Source: Gemmatimonadales bacterium (lineage in GTDB: Bacteria > Gemmatimonadota > Gemmatimonadetes > Gemmatimonadales > GWC2-71-9). From it: a stretch of 64,000 nt of DNA. This document shows, piece after piece, positions 1-7,967 of the stretch. Within the stretch, counting starts at the first letter, position 1. The number at the start of each line of letters is the position of its first letter. A model generated the notes under the pieces. It was not told where the DNA came from. It ran no database searches and saw nothing but the letters and a program-made list of their open reading frames with translations. The DNA lies in contig JBDIWC010000006.1 in NCBI GenBank assembly GCA_039794085.1, positions 1-64,000 on the forward strand, in the 5' to 3' direction. The position numbers were made by a program, and so were the translations under genes.

Positions 1-40
1 TCCTGTCCGTAAGGGACTAAACTGGAGAAGAAGCGAAAGA

Positions 41-162
41 GTGAACACCCGCATCCAGGCGATCACGCGCAAAGCGGACGGATTCCACCATCCGGACTAC
101 TTCGCCCCCAGGGTCAAGCAGGCGTTCGCGGGCCGATCCTGCACCTAAATTGGAGAAGAACC
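41..162 (+). mobile_element. ISL3-family remnant (transposase C-terminus plus right end)
   Basis: 41-148 reads VNTRIQAITRKADGFHHPDYFAPRVKQAF, resembling the ISL3 transposase C-terminal N-x-K-I-K-x-I-K-R-x-A-Y-G-F pattern; it ends in TTGGAGAAGAACC, the reverse complement of a GGTTCTTC-type ISL3 terminus. Confidence 0.55.
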
Positions 163-163
163 C

Positions 164-201
164 AAACTTCAAACTTCCGCCAACTTCCGCCTTCAAACTT
201 C
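164..201. repeat. Heptamer-type tandem repeat (AAACTTC/CGCCTTC)
   Basis: aaacttc aaacttc cgccaacttc cgccttc aaacttc; same unit family at 12190-12259. Confidence 0.6.
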
Positions 202-206
202 CCATC

Positions 207-252
207 TGGCCGTTCTCCCCCGGTCGGGCTACCTTGTGACAGTCCTCTGACA
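207..252 (+). promoter_or_regulatory. Conserved kinase-gene promoter with TGACA-N6-TGACA direct repeat (copy 1)
   Basis: TGGCCG(207)-17 bp-TACCTT(230), then TGACA(237) and TGACA(248); same layout at 6943 and 22537. Confidence 0.7.
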
Positions 253-281
253 TCCTTGCGTCCTGCCCATCCCGGAATCCC

Positions 282-2915
282 GTGAACCCACCGGAACGCC
301 TGAGCGCCGCCCTCGCCGACCGCTATCGCCTCGATCGCGAGCTCGGCGCCGGTGGCATGGCCACCGTCTACCTGGCCGACGACCTCCGCCACGAGCGCAA
401 GGTGGCCCTCAAGGTGCTGCGGCCCGAACTCGCCGCGGTCATCGGCGCCGAGCGGTTCCTCAAGGAGATCAAGGTCACCGCCAACCTGCAGCACCCCCAC
501 ATCCTCGGCCTGATCGACTCCGGCGAGGTGGACGGGCTCCTCTGGTATGCGATGCCGTTCGTCGAGGGGGAATCGCTGCGAGATCGCCTGCACCGCGAGA
601 AGCAGCTGCCGATTCCCGAGGCGGTGCGGATCACCACCGAAGTGGCCGGGGCGCTCGACTATGCCCACCGCCACGGGGTGATCCACCGCGACATCAAGCC
701 CGAGAACATCCTGCTGCACGACGGCAGCGCCCTGGTGGCCGACTTCGGCATCGCGCTGGCGGCCAGCACCGCCGGCACCCGGATGACCGAGACCGGCATG
801 TCGCTTGGCACCCCGCACTACATGAGCCCCGAGCAGGCGATGGGCGAGCGGGAGATCACCGCCCGCAGTGATGTCTATGCCCTGGGCTGCATCACCTACG
901 AAATGTTGACCGGGGATCCGCCATTCACCGGCTCCACGGCACAGGCGATCGTGGCCAAGGTGGTGACCGAACGACCCCACTCGCTCACTTCGCAGCGCCA
1001 CACCATCCCGCCCCACGTCGAGGCGGCCGTGCTCACCGCCCTGGAAAAACTTCCAGCCGACCGTTTTGCCACTGCCGCCGAGTTTGCGGCGGCTCTCGGC
1101 GATCACGCCTACACCACCAAGACGATGGCGGCCGCGTCGGCCAGCTCGCCGGATGGCCGGTGGTGGCGGATGGTGGCTGCCGGGTTGGGCCTCGCGCTGG
1201 CGGTGGCCACGGTCGCGGCGGTGGTCGGGTGGATGCGTCAGACCCCGCCCGGGATGGTGCGCCGGTTCGAGGTGTCGTTGACCGGGGCCTTCCACGACTT
1301 CGCCAACCCGATCGTCTCACCCGATGGCGCCCGGATCATCTACTCCAATACGGAGGGGTCGATCCTGCTCCGGCGCGCCGATGCGCTCGACGCCCGCCCC
1401 ATCCCGGGATCGGAACTGGCCTGGGCCACGGTGTTCTCGCCGGACAGCCGGGAAATCGCCCTCAACACGGGCTTCCCGGGGGCACTCAAGATCATTCCGA
1501 TCGACGGCGGCGCCGTGCGCACGCTGGTGGCGGATTCGACCTATGGCACAGGTCTCGACTGGAGCCCGGACGGCTGGATCTACTATCTGCACGGAGAGCA
1601 CTACGGGCGCGACCTGATGCGCATCCGTGCCTCCGGCGGCGCGCCCGAGTTCGTGGCCCGCCCCGACTCGGCGTCCGACGCGCTGATGTTCCTTTATCCT
1701 CAGGTCCTGCCCGGAGGACGCATTCTGTTGACCATCCAGCCGAAGGTCGGGGATCCGAGGATCGGCATCCTGGACCCGGCCCGTGGTGCCGTGACCATCC
1801 TGGCGGACGGGCTTTTCAGCCGATATGCCCCGACCGGACACCTCATCGTGGCTGGTGTCGACGGCATGCTGCGGGCGGCCCGGCTCGACGCTCGGGCGGG
1901 AACGCTGAAGGGTGCGTTCACCACTGTCGCCGAGGGACTTACGGTTTCTTCCTTCACTGGAGTCAAGTTCTTCACCCTCTCGGACGAAGGTACCCTGGGC
2001 TACCAGAAGGCCGCGGATCCTCACCAGGTGGTGCGCGTGCCTCGAAGCGGCGGGCAGGAGGGGGCCCTCGACCCGGGATGGGAGGGGGTATTCGCCTCGA
2101 CGTCGCTCGCGCCGGATGGTTCCCGAGTGGCGGTCGCCGTCGGGCGGGCGGGGCGTACCGAGTTGTGGGTCCGGTCGCTCGAGAGCGGTGCCATGACCCG
2201 GTTGTCCTCGGGTGGGACGATGAACTACCGGCCGAGCTGGTCGCCCGATGGGAACGAGGTGATCTTTACCTCCGACCAGCGGGGCAAGATCACCACCTAC
2301 CGCGTTCGCGCCGATGGCAGCACCCCGCCCGAGCCGCTGCTGGCGGTGGCCCCCAGCGTGGACGAGGCGGTCTTCTCGCGCGACGGCGCGTGGCTCCTCT
2401 ATCGAGCGGGGTCGGGTGGCAGCCGGGATATCTTTGCCCGGCGGACTGTTGGTGACACGACCGTCCTCACGCTGGTGAATTCCCGGGCGGAGGAGTTCTC
2501 ACCGACCCTCTCGCCCGATGGGCGGTGGCTGGCCTATGCCTCGGATGAAACGGGACAGACCGAGGTCTACGTCCGCCCCTTTCCCGATGCCGGGGCGGCC
2601 AAGTTCACCGTGTCGCGCAACGGGGGCAGCGAGCCGCTGTGGAGTCCCGCAGGCGGTGAGCTGTTCTTCCGCGACGGGAATGAGAACCTCGTGGCGGTCG
2701 GCGTGGCCCCGGGCCACGAGTTCCGGGTCACCTCGACCCGGGTGCTGTTCTCCACCCGCGGGTACGTGGCCGACAACCGTCATCGCAACTACAGCGTTTC
2801 CGCGGATGGTCGCTCGTTCCTGTTCGTCAAGTCCCCTGGCCTGCTTGACGTCTCCACCCACTTGGTAGTCACGCTGAACTGGTTCGAGGAATTGAGGCGG
2901 AAGGTGGGGCAGTGA
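282..2915 (+). CDS. Membrane Ser/Thr protein kinase with TolB/PD40 beta-propeller
   Basis: GAGGMATV, VALK, HRDIKPEN, DFG and SPE motifs; one hydrophobic helix near aa 295-317; many SPDG repeats; C-terminal LNWFEEL. Confidence 0.93.
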   Translation: MNPPERLSAALADRYRLDRELGAGGMATVYLADDLRHERKVALKVLRPELAAVIGAERFLKEIKVTANLQHPHILGLIDSGEVDGLLWYAMPFVEGESLRDRLHREKQLPIPEAVRITTEVAGALDYAHRHGVIHRDIKPENILLHDGSALVADFGIALAASTAGTRMTETGMSLGTPHYMSPEQAMGEREITARSDVYALGCITYEMLTGDPPFTGSTAQAIVAKVVTERPHSLTSQRHTIPPHVEAAVLTALEKLPADRFATAAEFAAALGDHAYTTKTMAAASASSPDGRWWRMVAAGLGLALAVATVAAVVGWMRQTPPGMVRRFEVSLTGAFHDFANPIVSPDGARIIYSNTEGSILLRRADALDARPIPGSELAWATVFSPDSREIALNTGFPGALKIIPIDGGAVRTLVADSTYGTGLDWSPDGWIYYLHGEHYGRDLMRIRASGGAPEFVARPDSASDALMFLYPQVLPGGRILLTIQPKVGDPRIGILDPARGAVTILADGLFSRYAPTGHLIVAGVDGMLRAARLDARAGTLKGAFTTVAEGLTVSSFTGVKFFTLSDEGTLGYQKAADPHQVVRVPRSGGQEGALDPGWEGVFASTSLAPDGSRVAVAVGRAGRTELWVRSLESGAMTRLSSGGTMNYRPSWSPDGNEVIFTSDQRGKITTYRVRADGSTPPEPLLAVAPSVDEAVFSRDGAWLLYRAGSGGSRDIFARRTVGDTTVLTLVNSRAEEFSPTLSPDGRWLAYASDETGQTEVYVRPFPDAGAAKFTVSRNGGSEPLWSPAGGELFFRDGNENLVAVGVAPGHEFRVTSTRVLFSTRGYVADNRHRNYSVSADGRSFLFVKSPGLLDVSTHLVVTLNWFEELRRKVGQ

Positions 2916-2994
2916 GCGACACCATGCACTTCGCCGAAGCGTATGGCGTAACTCGCAAGCGTGACTTTGGATTTGCGACAATCGGGGCGAGATA

Positions 2995-3183
2995 GTGGAG
3001 ATGGTGATCGAGATCAAGCGGTCGACGGCGCCGACCGTCTCGAAGGGGTTCCACATCGCCCGTGCCGATCTCACACCGCGCGAGGCCTTCGTCGTGCATG
3101 GCGGCGCGGAAACCTGGCCGATGGGAGGCGGGGTGACCGCCATTTCTGTGGCTGACCTGGCCACGAGGCTGGCCGCATCGTGA
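2995..3183 (+). pseudogene. C-terminal remnant of an AAA ATPase (DUF4143-type)
   Basis: IEIKRSTAPTVSKGFHIARADL...FVVHGG..WP resembles the C-terminal nuclease-like tail of AAA_14/DUF4143 proteins; the ATPase part is absent. Confidence 0.6.
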
Positions 3184-3243
3184 CGCTGCCGACGGGATTG
3201 CTTTCCAGGTGGAAGTGGATAACTTCCATATATGGAGGTGTAT

Positions 3244-3495
3244 ATGGAACTGACCAAGAAAACCACCATTCTCTTCTCCCCTGAGCTCCACCGCCGGTTG
3301 ACCGATCTCGCTGCTCGCCGGGGCCGAAGCCTCGGCGATCTGGTGCGGGAAGCATGCGAAGTCCACTATGGAGTCGTGGGTGGACGCGATCAGGTGGCCG
3401 CAGTGACCGCCCTGGCCCGGTTGAACCTGCCGGTGGGCACCCCGGAGGCGATGAAGCGGGAATCGGTGGCCGATCCGGATGCGCTGCTGCCATGA
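3244..3495 (+). CDS. Ribbon-helix-helix antitoxin (VapB-like)
   Basis: KKTTILFSPELHRRLTDLAARRGRSLGDLVREA RHH pattern; ATGA overlap with PIN gene; TCCATATATGGA palindrome at 3225-3236. Confidence 0.85.
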   Translation: MELTKKTTILFSPELHRRLTDLAARRGRSLGDLVREACEVHYGVVGGRDQVAAVTALARLNLPVGTPEAMKRESVADPDALLP

Positions 3496-3896
3496 TCCTG
3501 ATCGACACGAACGTGATCATGTACGCGGCTGGTTCTGCCCATCCCCACAAGGCGCCGAGCGTGGGATTGCTCGAACGGGTCGCCACGGGAGAGGTGCAGG
3601 CCACGATCGACGCCGAGGTACTGCAGGAGATCCTGCACCGCTACCGGGCCATCCACCGCTGGGAGGAGGGGAAGCAGGTCTACGACCTGACTCGCCAGCT
3701 GTTCCCGATGGTCGTCCCGGTGACGGCGGAGATCCTGGATCGCACCCGAATGCTTCTGGATACCGAAACGCACGTCATGGCGCGAGATGCGCTGCATGCG
3801 GCGGTCGTGATCGAGGAACAACTCACGGGAGTGTGCAGCTATGATCGAGATTTCGACCGGATCGCAGGGCTGGTCCGCACGGAGCCGGGCGCATGA
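3492..3896 (+). CDS. vapC: VapC PIN-domain toxin
   Basis: MILIDTN...LQEIL...RDALHAA...SYDRDF acidic PIN residues. Confidence 0.9.
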   Translation: MILIDTNVIMYAAGSAHPHKAPSVGLLERVATGEVQATIDAEVLQEILHRYRAIHRWEEGKQVYDLTRQLFPMVVPVTAEILDRTRMLLDTETHVMARDALHAAVVIEEQLTGVCSYDRDFDRIAGLVRTEPGA

Positions 3897-5064
3897 GCCC
3901 GCCTAACCGCCTGGCCGCGGCCCTCGCCGACCGCTACACCATCCTCCGCGAGATCGGACAGGGCGGCATGGCCACCGCGTACCTCGCCCATGACCTCAGG
4001 CACGACCGCAAGGTGGCCATCAAGGTCTTGAAGATCCTGCTGCACGACGGGCGGCCGATGGTGATGGACTTCGGAATTGCCCTGGCGGTGAGCGCGGCGG
4101 CGGGCGCATGACCGAGACGGGCCTGACTCTCGGCACACCGGACTAGATGAGCCCCCAGCAGGCCACCGCCGAGAAGGAGATCACCGCCCGGAGCGACATC
4201 TACTCGCTGGGCAGCGTGCTTTACGAGATGCTGACGGGGGAGCCACCCCACAAGGGCACCTCGGCGCAGGCGACGGGCGCCGCGCCGCGATGGGACTCCG
4301 GGAGGAGGGCCAGGATGGCATCTGGATCCATCATCTCGAGGAAGGGACCCTCTCCCGGCTCACCTTCGACGGCACCTCGGTATGGCGGCCGGTGTGGAGT
4401 GGTGACGGGTTGCGGGTCGGGTTCGTCTCCGATCGTCTGAGTACGGATCTCACTCGATCACTCTGGACCGTGCCCGCGGATCGAAGCCGCGAACCGGAGT
4501 TGTTGGCCTCGGACGATCGTCACGCCCAGGAACTTACCTGGTCGGCGGACGGCCGGGCCGCGGCGTATCGCGTGGGCTTCACCGACGGCGCGACCCGGCG
4601 CGACATCTTCGTGCTGCGCTCCCCCCAGGACTCCGTGCCCCGACCCTTCATCGCCACACCCGCCGACGAGCAGCACCCGAAGCTCTCTGACCCGACGGGC
4701 GATGGCTGGCGTACGTCTCCGACGAATCAGGGAAGCGCGAGGTGCATGTCCGGCCCTTCCCCGAGGGTCCGGGTCTCTGGCAGGCGTCGGCGGAGGAAAC
4801 GAACCGCTCTGGCGGCGCGACGGCCTGGAGCTCTTCTACCGCGACGCCATGCGAAACCTGGTTGCGGTCCCCGTGACCGCCGGGGAAGGATTCGCGACCG
4901 GAGCCCCCCGGACCCTGTTCTCCGCCCTGCCCCACTACTCCGACGGCAACAGCACATCCTACGACGTGCCCGTCGACGGCACCCGCTTCCTGATGATCTC
5001 GCAACCGATTGATCAGACCCTGGTGGTCGTGCTCAACTGGATCGAGGAGTTGCGCGAGCGGTGA
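3893..5064 (+). pseudogene. Decayed Ser/Thr kinase-TolB propeller gene
   Basis: VAIKVLK joined directly to ILLHDG (HRD loop deleted); TAG at 4144 inside GTP.*MSP; several frameshifts; ends VVLNWIEEL like the paralogues. Confidence 0.88.
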
Positions 5065-5095
5065 GGAAAGGGCTCAAACCCGGCGGCCCTTGAGA

Positions 5096-5124
5096 TTGCC
5101 CGGTAGTCCGTGATGTTGTATGTT
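5096..5124 (+). promoter_or_regulatory. sigma70-type leaderless promoter
   Basis: TTGCCC-17-TATGTT with ATG 7 nt downstream and no Shine-Dalgarno. Confidence 0.55.
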
Positions 5125-5131
5125 TTTCCAT

Positions 5132-5356
5132 ATGAAGACTACGCTTATTCTTCCCGACCACCTGGTTCGGCAGTTGAAGCATCGCGCTGCGGAGCAGGGT
5201 ACCACCCTGTCGGCAGTGGTGGCCGAGGCGCTCCGCCGCGGTCTGGAGCCCAACCCGGCAATCGAGCTACCTCCCCTGCCGTCCTACCACATGGGTCCAC
5301 CCCTCGTGGATGTCGCCGATCGCGATGCCCTCTACCGCGCGATGGAAGAGTCCTGA
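5132..5356 (+). CDS. VapB-like antitoxin
   Basis: MKTTLILPDHLVRQLKHRAAEQGTTLSAVVAEALRRG RHH-like sequence; directly upstream of a PIN gene. Confidence 0.85.
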   Translation: MKTTLILPDHLVRQLKHRAAEQGTTLSAVVAEALRRGLEPNPAIELPPLPSYHMGPPLVDVADRDALYRAMEES

Positions 5357-5358
5357 CC

Positions 5359-5790
5359 ATGTTCGTGGTGGACACCAACCTGCTGCTCTATGCGGTCAAT
5401 CCCGACGCGGAGGACCACCCCAAGGCCGCCGTACTCCTCGAGGAGTGGCGGTCGGGAGACCGATCGTGGTTTCTGACCTGGGGGATCGTTTACGAGTTTC
5501 TGCGAGTCAGCACCCATAGCCGGGTGTTCGCTCGACCGCTCACCTTGCGGCAAGCCACCGAGTGGATGGGGCTCCTTTTGACCGCGCCCCGGGCCGGCGT
5601 GCTGGTGCCCTCGGAGCGGCACCCCGCCGTCCTCGCGACCCTGGCCGGGGAGTATCCGCGACTTCGCGGCAACGTCCTCCATGATCTGCACACTGCGGCC
5701 CTGATGAGGGAGCATGGCATCACCGAGATCCGAACCGCGGACACCGATTTCCACCAGTTCGGGTTCCTCACGGTCACCAACCCGTTGTGA
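5359..5790 (+). CDS. vapC: VapC PIN-domain toxin
   Basis: MFVVDTNLL...YEFLRV.TH...GNVLHDLHTAALMREHG...TADTDF. Confidence 0.9.
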   Translation: MFVVDTNLLLYAVNPDAEDHPKAAVLLEEWRSGDRSWFLTWGIVYEFLRVSTHSRVFARPLTLRQATEWMGLLLTAPRAGVLVPSERHPAVLATLAGEYPRLRGNVLHDLHTAALMREHGITEIRTADTDFHQFGFLTVTNPL

Positions 5791-6175
5791 CGCCGGGGAT
5801 GTAGTCCGAATCCGGCACCCGGGGGACATCGGGGTTGAGCGCATCACGGCACGCCGTGCCGCCGTCCGAATGGAGCATCTCGCTCCGGGAACGACACCCG
5901 TCCCGTCACCGGCGCCGGAAGACCATCCGGTTTCCGCTCGGAAAGTGCAGCAGGAGCCGGTCTCCCTCCAGGCGAAGATCGGTGGGTTCCGTCGGAGCCC
6001 CTTCGACCGGGCGGGCGATCATGCGAAGGTCGGTGGCGGGCGATCCCGGCATCGCCGCCCCGGAGGACAGGTTGAACAGGTGAGTGAACACGACCTGTCC
6101 CTCCGAATGATCGCCAGGAGCGCATGCGACAGGTACCCTGAACGGCCAATCTCATTGGGGATTTGGAGATATGGA

Positions 6176-6204
6176 TTGACAGGCTCTTTCACGATGGTCA
6201 TTAT
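6176..6204 (+). promoter_or_regulatory. sigma70-type leaderless promoter
   Basis: TTGACA-17-CATTAT with ATG 6 nt downstream. Confidence 0.6.
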
Positions 6205-6210
6205 AGCCTG

Positions 6211-6504
6211 ATGACAACTGCTTCCGTTTCCGAGGCCAAGAACCAGCTCAGTGCCCTGCTCCGGCTCGTCCAGGCCGGACAATCCGTGCTCATCACCGAC
6301 CGGGGCATCCCGGTGGCCCGGCTCGAGCCGGTGAGGCTCGGCGTCGGTATCTCACCGGGAGTTCTCAGTCTCGCCCAACAGGGATTGGTTCAGCTCCCCG
6401 AAAGCGAGCCCACTGCCGACTGGCTCGACCTCCCTCGGCCCGCCGTGACCTCGGGGCCCTGCGGCTCCGCCCTCCTCCTGGAGGAGCGGCGCGAGGGTCG
6501 ATGA
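6211..6504 (+). CDS. Phd/YefM-family antitoxin
   Basis: SVSEAKNQLSALLRLVQAGQSVLITDRGIPVARL is the Phd signature. Confidence 0.9.
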   Translation: MTTASVSEAKNQLSALLRLVQAGQSVLITDRGIPVARLEPVRLGVGISPGVLSLAQQGLVQLPESEPTADWLDLPRPAVTSGPCGSALLLEERREGR

Positions 6505-6935
6505 GGTTCTGGGATTCCTCCGCCCTCGTCCCCCTCCTGGCGCCGGAGCCCGGGACCGAGCGCATGATGACCTTGATGCGCGAGGATCCGGCGGCGGCAG
6601 TCTGGTGGACCACCCCGGTCGAATGCGCTTCCGCGCTGGCGCGACTGACTCGCGATAAACGGATGTCGCGCGACGATGCCACCCTGGCCGCCGGGCTCCT
6701 CGCCACGGCCGCGCGGGGGTGGAGCGTGGTTCCGCCCACCGACCCCGTGCGCCACCAGGCGATGCGACTGCTCCGCCTTCATCCCCTGCGCGCCGCCGAC
6801 GCGCTCCAACTCGCCGCCGCGCTGGTTCTCGCCGAGCACGACCCGCGCACCCTCCCCTTCGTCACCCTGGACGACCGGTTGGCGCTGGCCGCGGAGCAGG
6901 AGGGGTTTGACGTGATGGGAGGAACCCCGGACTGA
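6501..6935 (+). CDS. vapC: VapC PIN-domain toxin
   Basis: FWDSSALV...VECASAL...LRAADALQLAAA...FVTLDDRL; ATGA overlap. Confidence 0.9.
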   Translation: MRFWDSSALVPLLAPEPGTERMMTLMREDPAAAVWWTTPVECASALARLTRDKRMSRDDATLAAGLLATAARGWSVVPPTDPVRHQAMRLLRLHPLRAADALQLAAALVLAEHDPRTLPFVTLDDRLALAAEQEGFDVMGGTPD

Positions 6936-6942
6936 GGGCTTC

Positions 6943-6988
6943 TGGCCGTTCTCCTCCCGGTCGGGTAACTTGTGACAGTCTCCTGACA
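6943..6988 (+). promoter_or_regulatory. Conserved kinase-gene promoter (copy 2)
   Basis: TGGCCG-17-TAACTT, then TGACA(6973) and TGACA(6984). Confidence 0.7.
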
Positions 6989-7017
6989 GTCAACCTTTCG
7001 CTCATTCCCGGAGCAGT

Positions 7018-7135
7018 GTGAACCCACTGGAACGACTGCGCGCGGCCCTCGCCGACCGCTACGTAGTCGAGCGCGAGCTCGGTCAGGACGGGATCGCCAT
7101 GGTCTTCCTCGCGGAGGACGGGAAGCGCAAACGCC
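7018..7135 (+). pseudogene. Truncated kinase 5' end
   Basis: MNPLERLRAALADRYVVERELGQDGIAMVFLAED matches the paralogue N-termini and then diverges. Confidence 0.8.
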
Positions 7136-7185
7136 GGGCGCCTGGCGTCTGGCCGAGCCTCTCCAGCGACAGTAGATTCGACACC

Positions 7186-7458
7186 ATGAATAGGGATGTG
7201 TTGCCGGGAGCCGAGTTGGTCGAGCAGGGCCTCCGCGATCTCGACGACCATGCCGAGACCGTCGAATCGCTGCTCGTCTCGCTCGGCGCTCCCGGCCTGC
7301 GCACGCTGGGACTCCGCGTGCCCGAGCCATGGGCGGAGCCCGAACTCCGGCTCTACCGGCTGCTGGCGGAGCGGCACGGTGCCGGAGCCCATGCCCGGTA
7401 CAACGCCCTCCTGCGTCGGCTGGTGAGCTTCCAGCGTGCGAGCGCATGCGCGAAGTAG
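7186..7458 (+). CDS. Small hypothetical protein, putative partner of DUF6036 nucleotidyltransferase
   Basis: LPGAELVEQGLRDL...YNALLRRLVSF; own TGGCCG-17-TAGATT promoter 7 nt before ATG; overlaps the next gene. Confidence 0.65.
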   Translation: MNRDVLPGAELVEQGLRDLDDHAETVESLLVSLGAPGLRTLGLRVPEPWAEPELRLYRLLAERHGAGAHARYNALLRRLVSFQRASACAK

Positions 7459-7967
7459 CGGATCAGGCGCGGATCGAGGCTTTTCTCACGGCGCTGGCGC
7501 GCGAGGCGACGGCCGACCTCGACGTCTATCTCGTCGGGGGCACTTCGGCCGTTCTGGTGGGGTGGCGCCCGACCACGATCGACATCGACCTGGTGATGCG
7601 CCCGGAATCGGACGCCCTGCTTCGGACGATTCCCGTACTCAAGGAGCGGCTCCGGGTGAACGTCGAGCTCGCCTCGCCCGACCAGTTCATTCCGGTGCCT
7701 CCCGGCTGGGAGCAGCGCAGCCCGGTCATCGTCCGCATCGGGAAGGTCACCTATCATCACTATGACTTCACCGCCCAGGCGCTCGCCAAGATCGAGCGTG
7801 GGCACACCCGCGACCTGGCCGACGTCGAGGCAATGCGGGCAAGGGGACTGATCACCGGTGCGGAGGTGCGGCGCCAGTTCTCCCTGCTGGAGCCGCAGCT
7901 GTATCGCTTTCCCGCCATTGACCCTCCCTCGTTCCGCCGCGCCGTGGACGCGATCTTTCCGCCATGA
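7446..7967 (+). CDS. DUF6036-family nucleotidyltransferase
   Basis: YLVGG...RPTTIDID polymerase-beta NTase motif; KIERGHTRDLAD tail. Confidence 0.8.
   Translation: MREVADQARIEAFLTALAREATADLDVYLVGGTSAVLVGWRPTTIDIDLVMRPESDALLRTIPVLKERLRVNVELASPDQFIPVPPGWEQRSPVIVRIGKVTYHHYDFTAQALAKIERGHTRDLADVEAMRARGLITGAEVRRQFSLLEPQLYRFPAIDPPSFRRAVDAIFPP

Noticed and set aside
1..30. dif-like site
   Set aside because: Only partial similarity, with wrong spacing for XerC/XerD arms
5830..6160. Short minus-strand ORFs between two TA modules
   Set aside because: 5906-6091 may be a gene tail, but it has no identifiable family or convincing start
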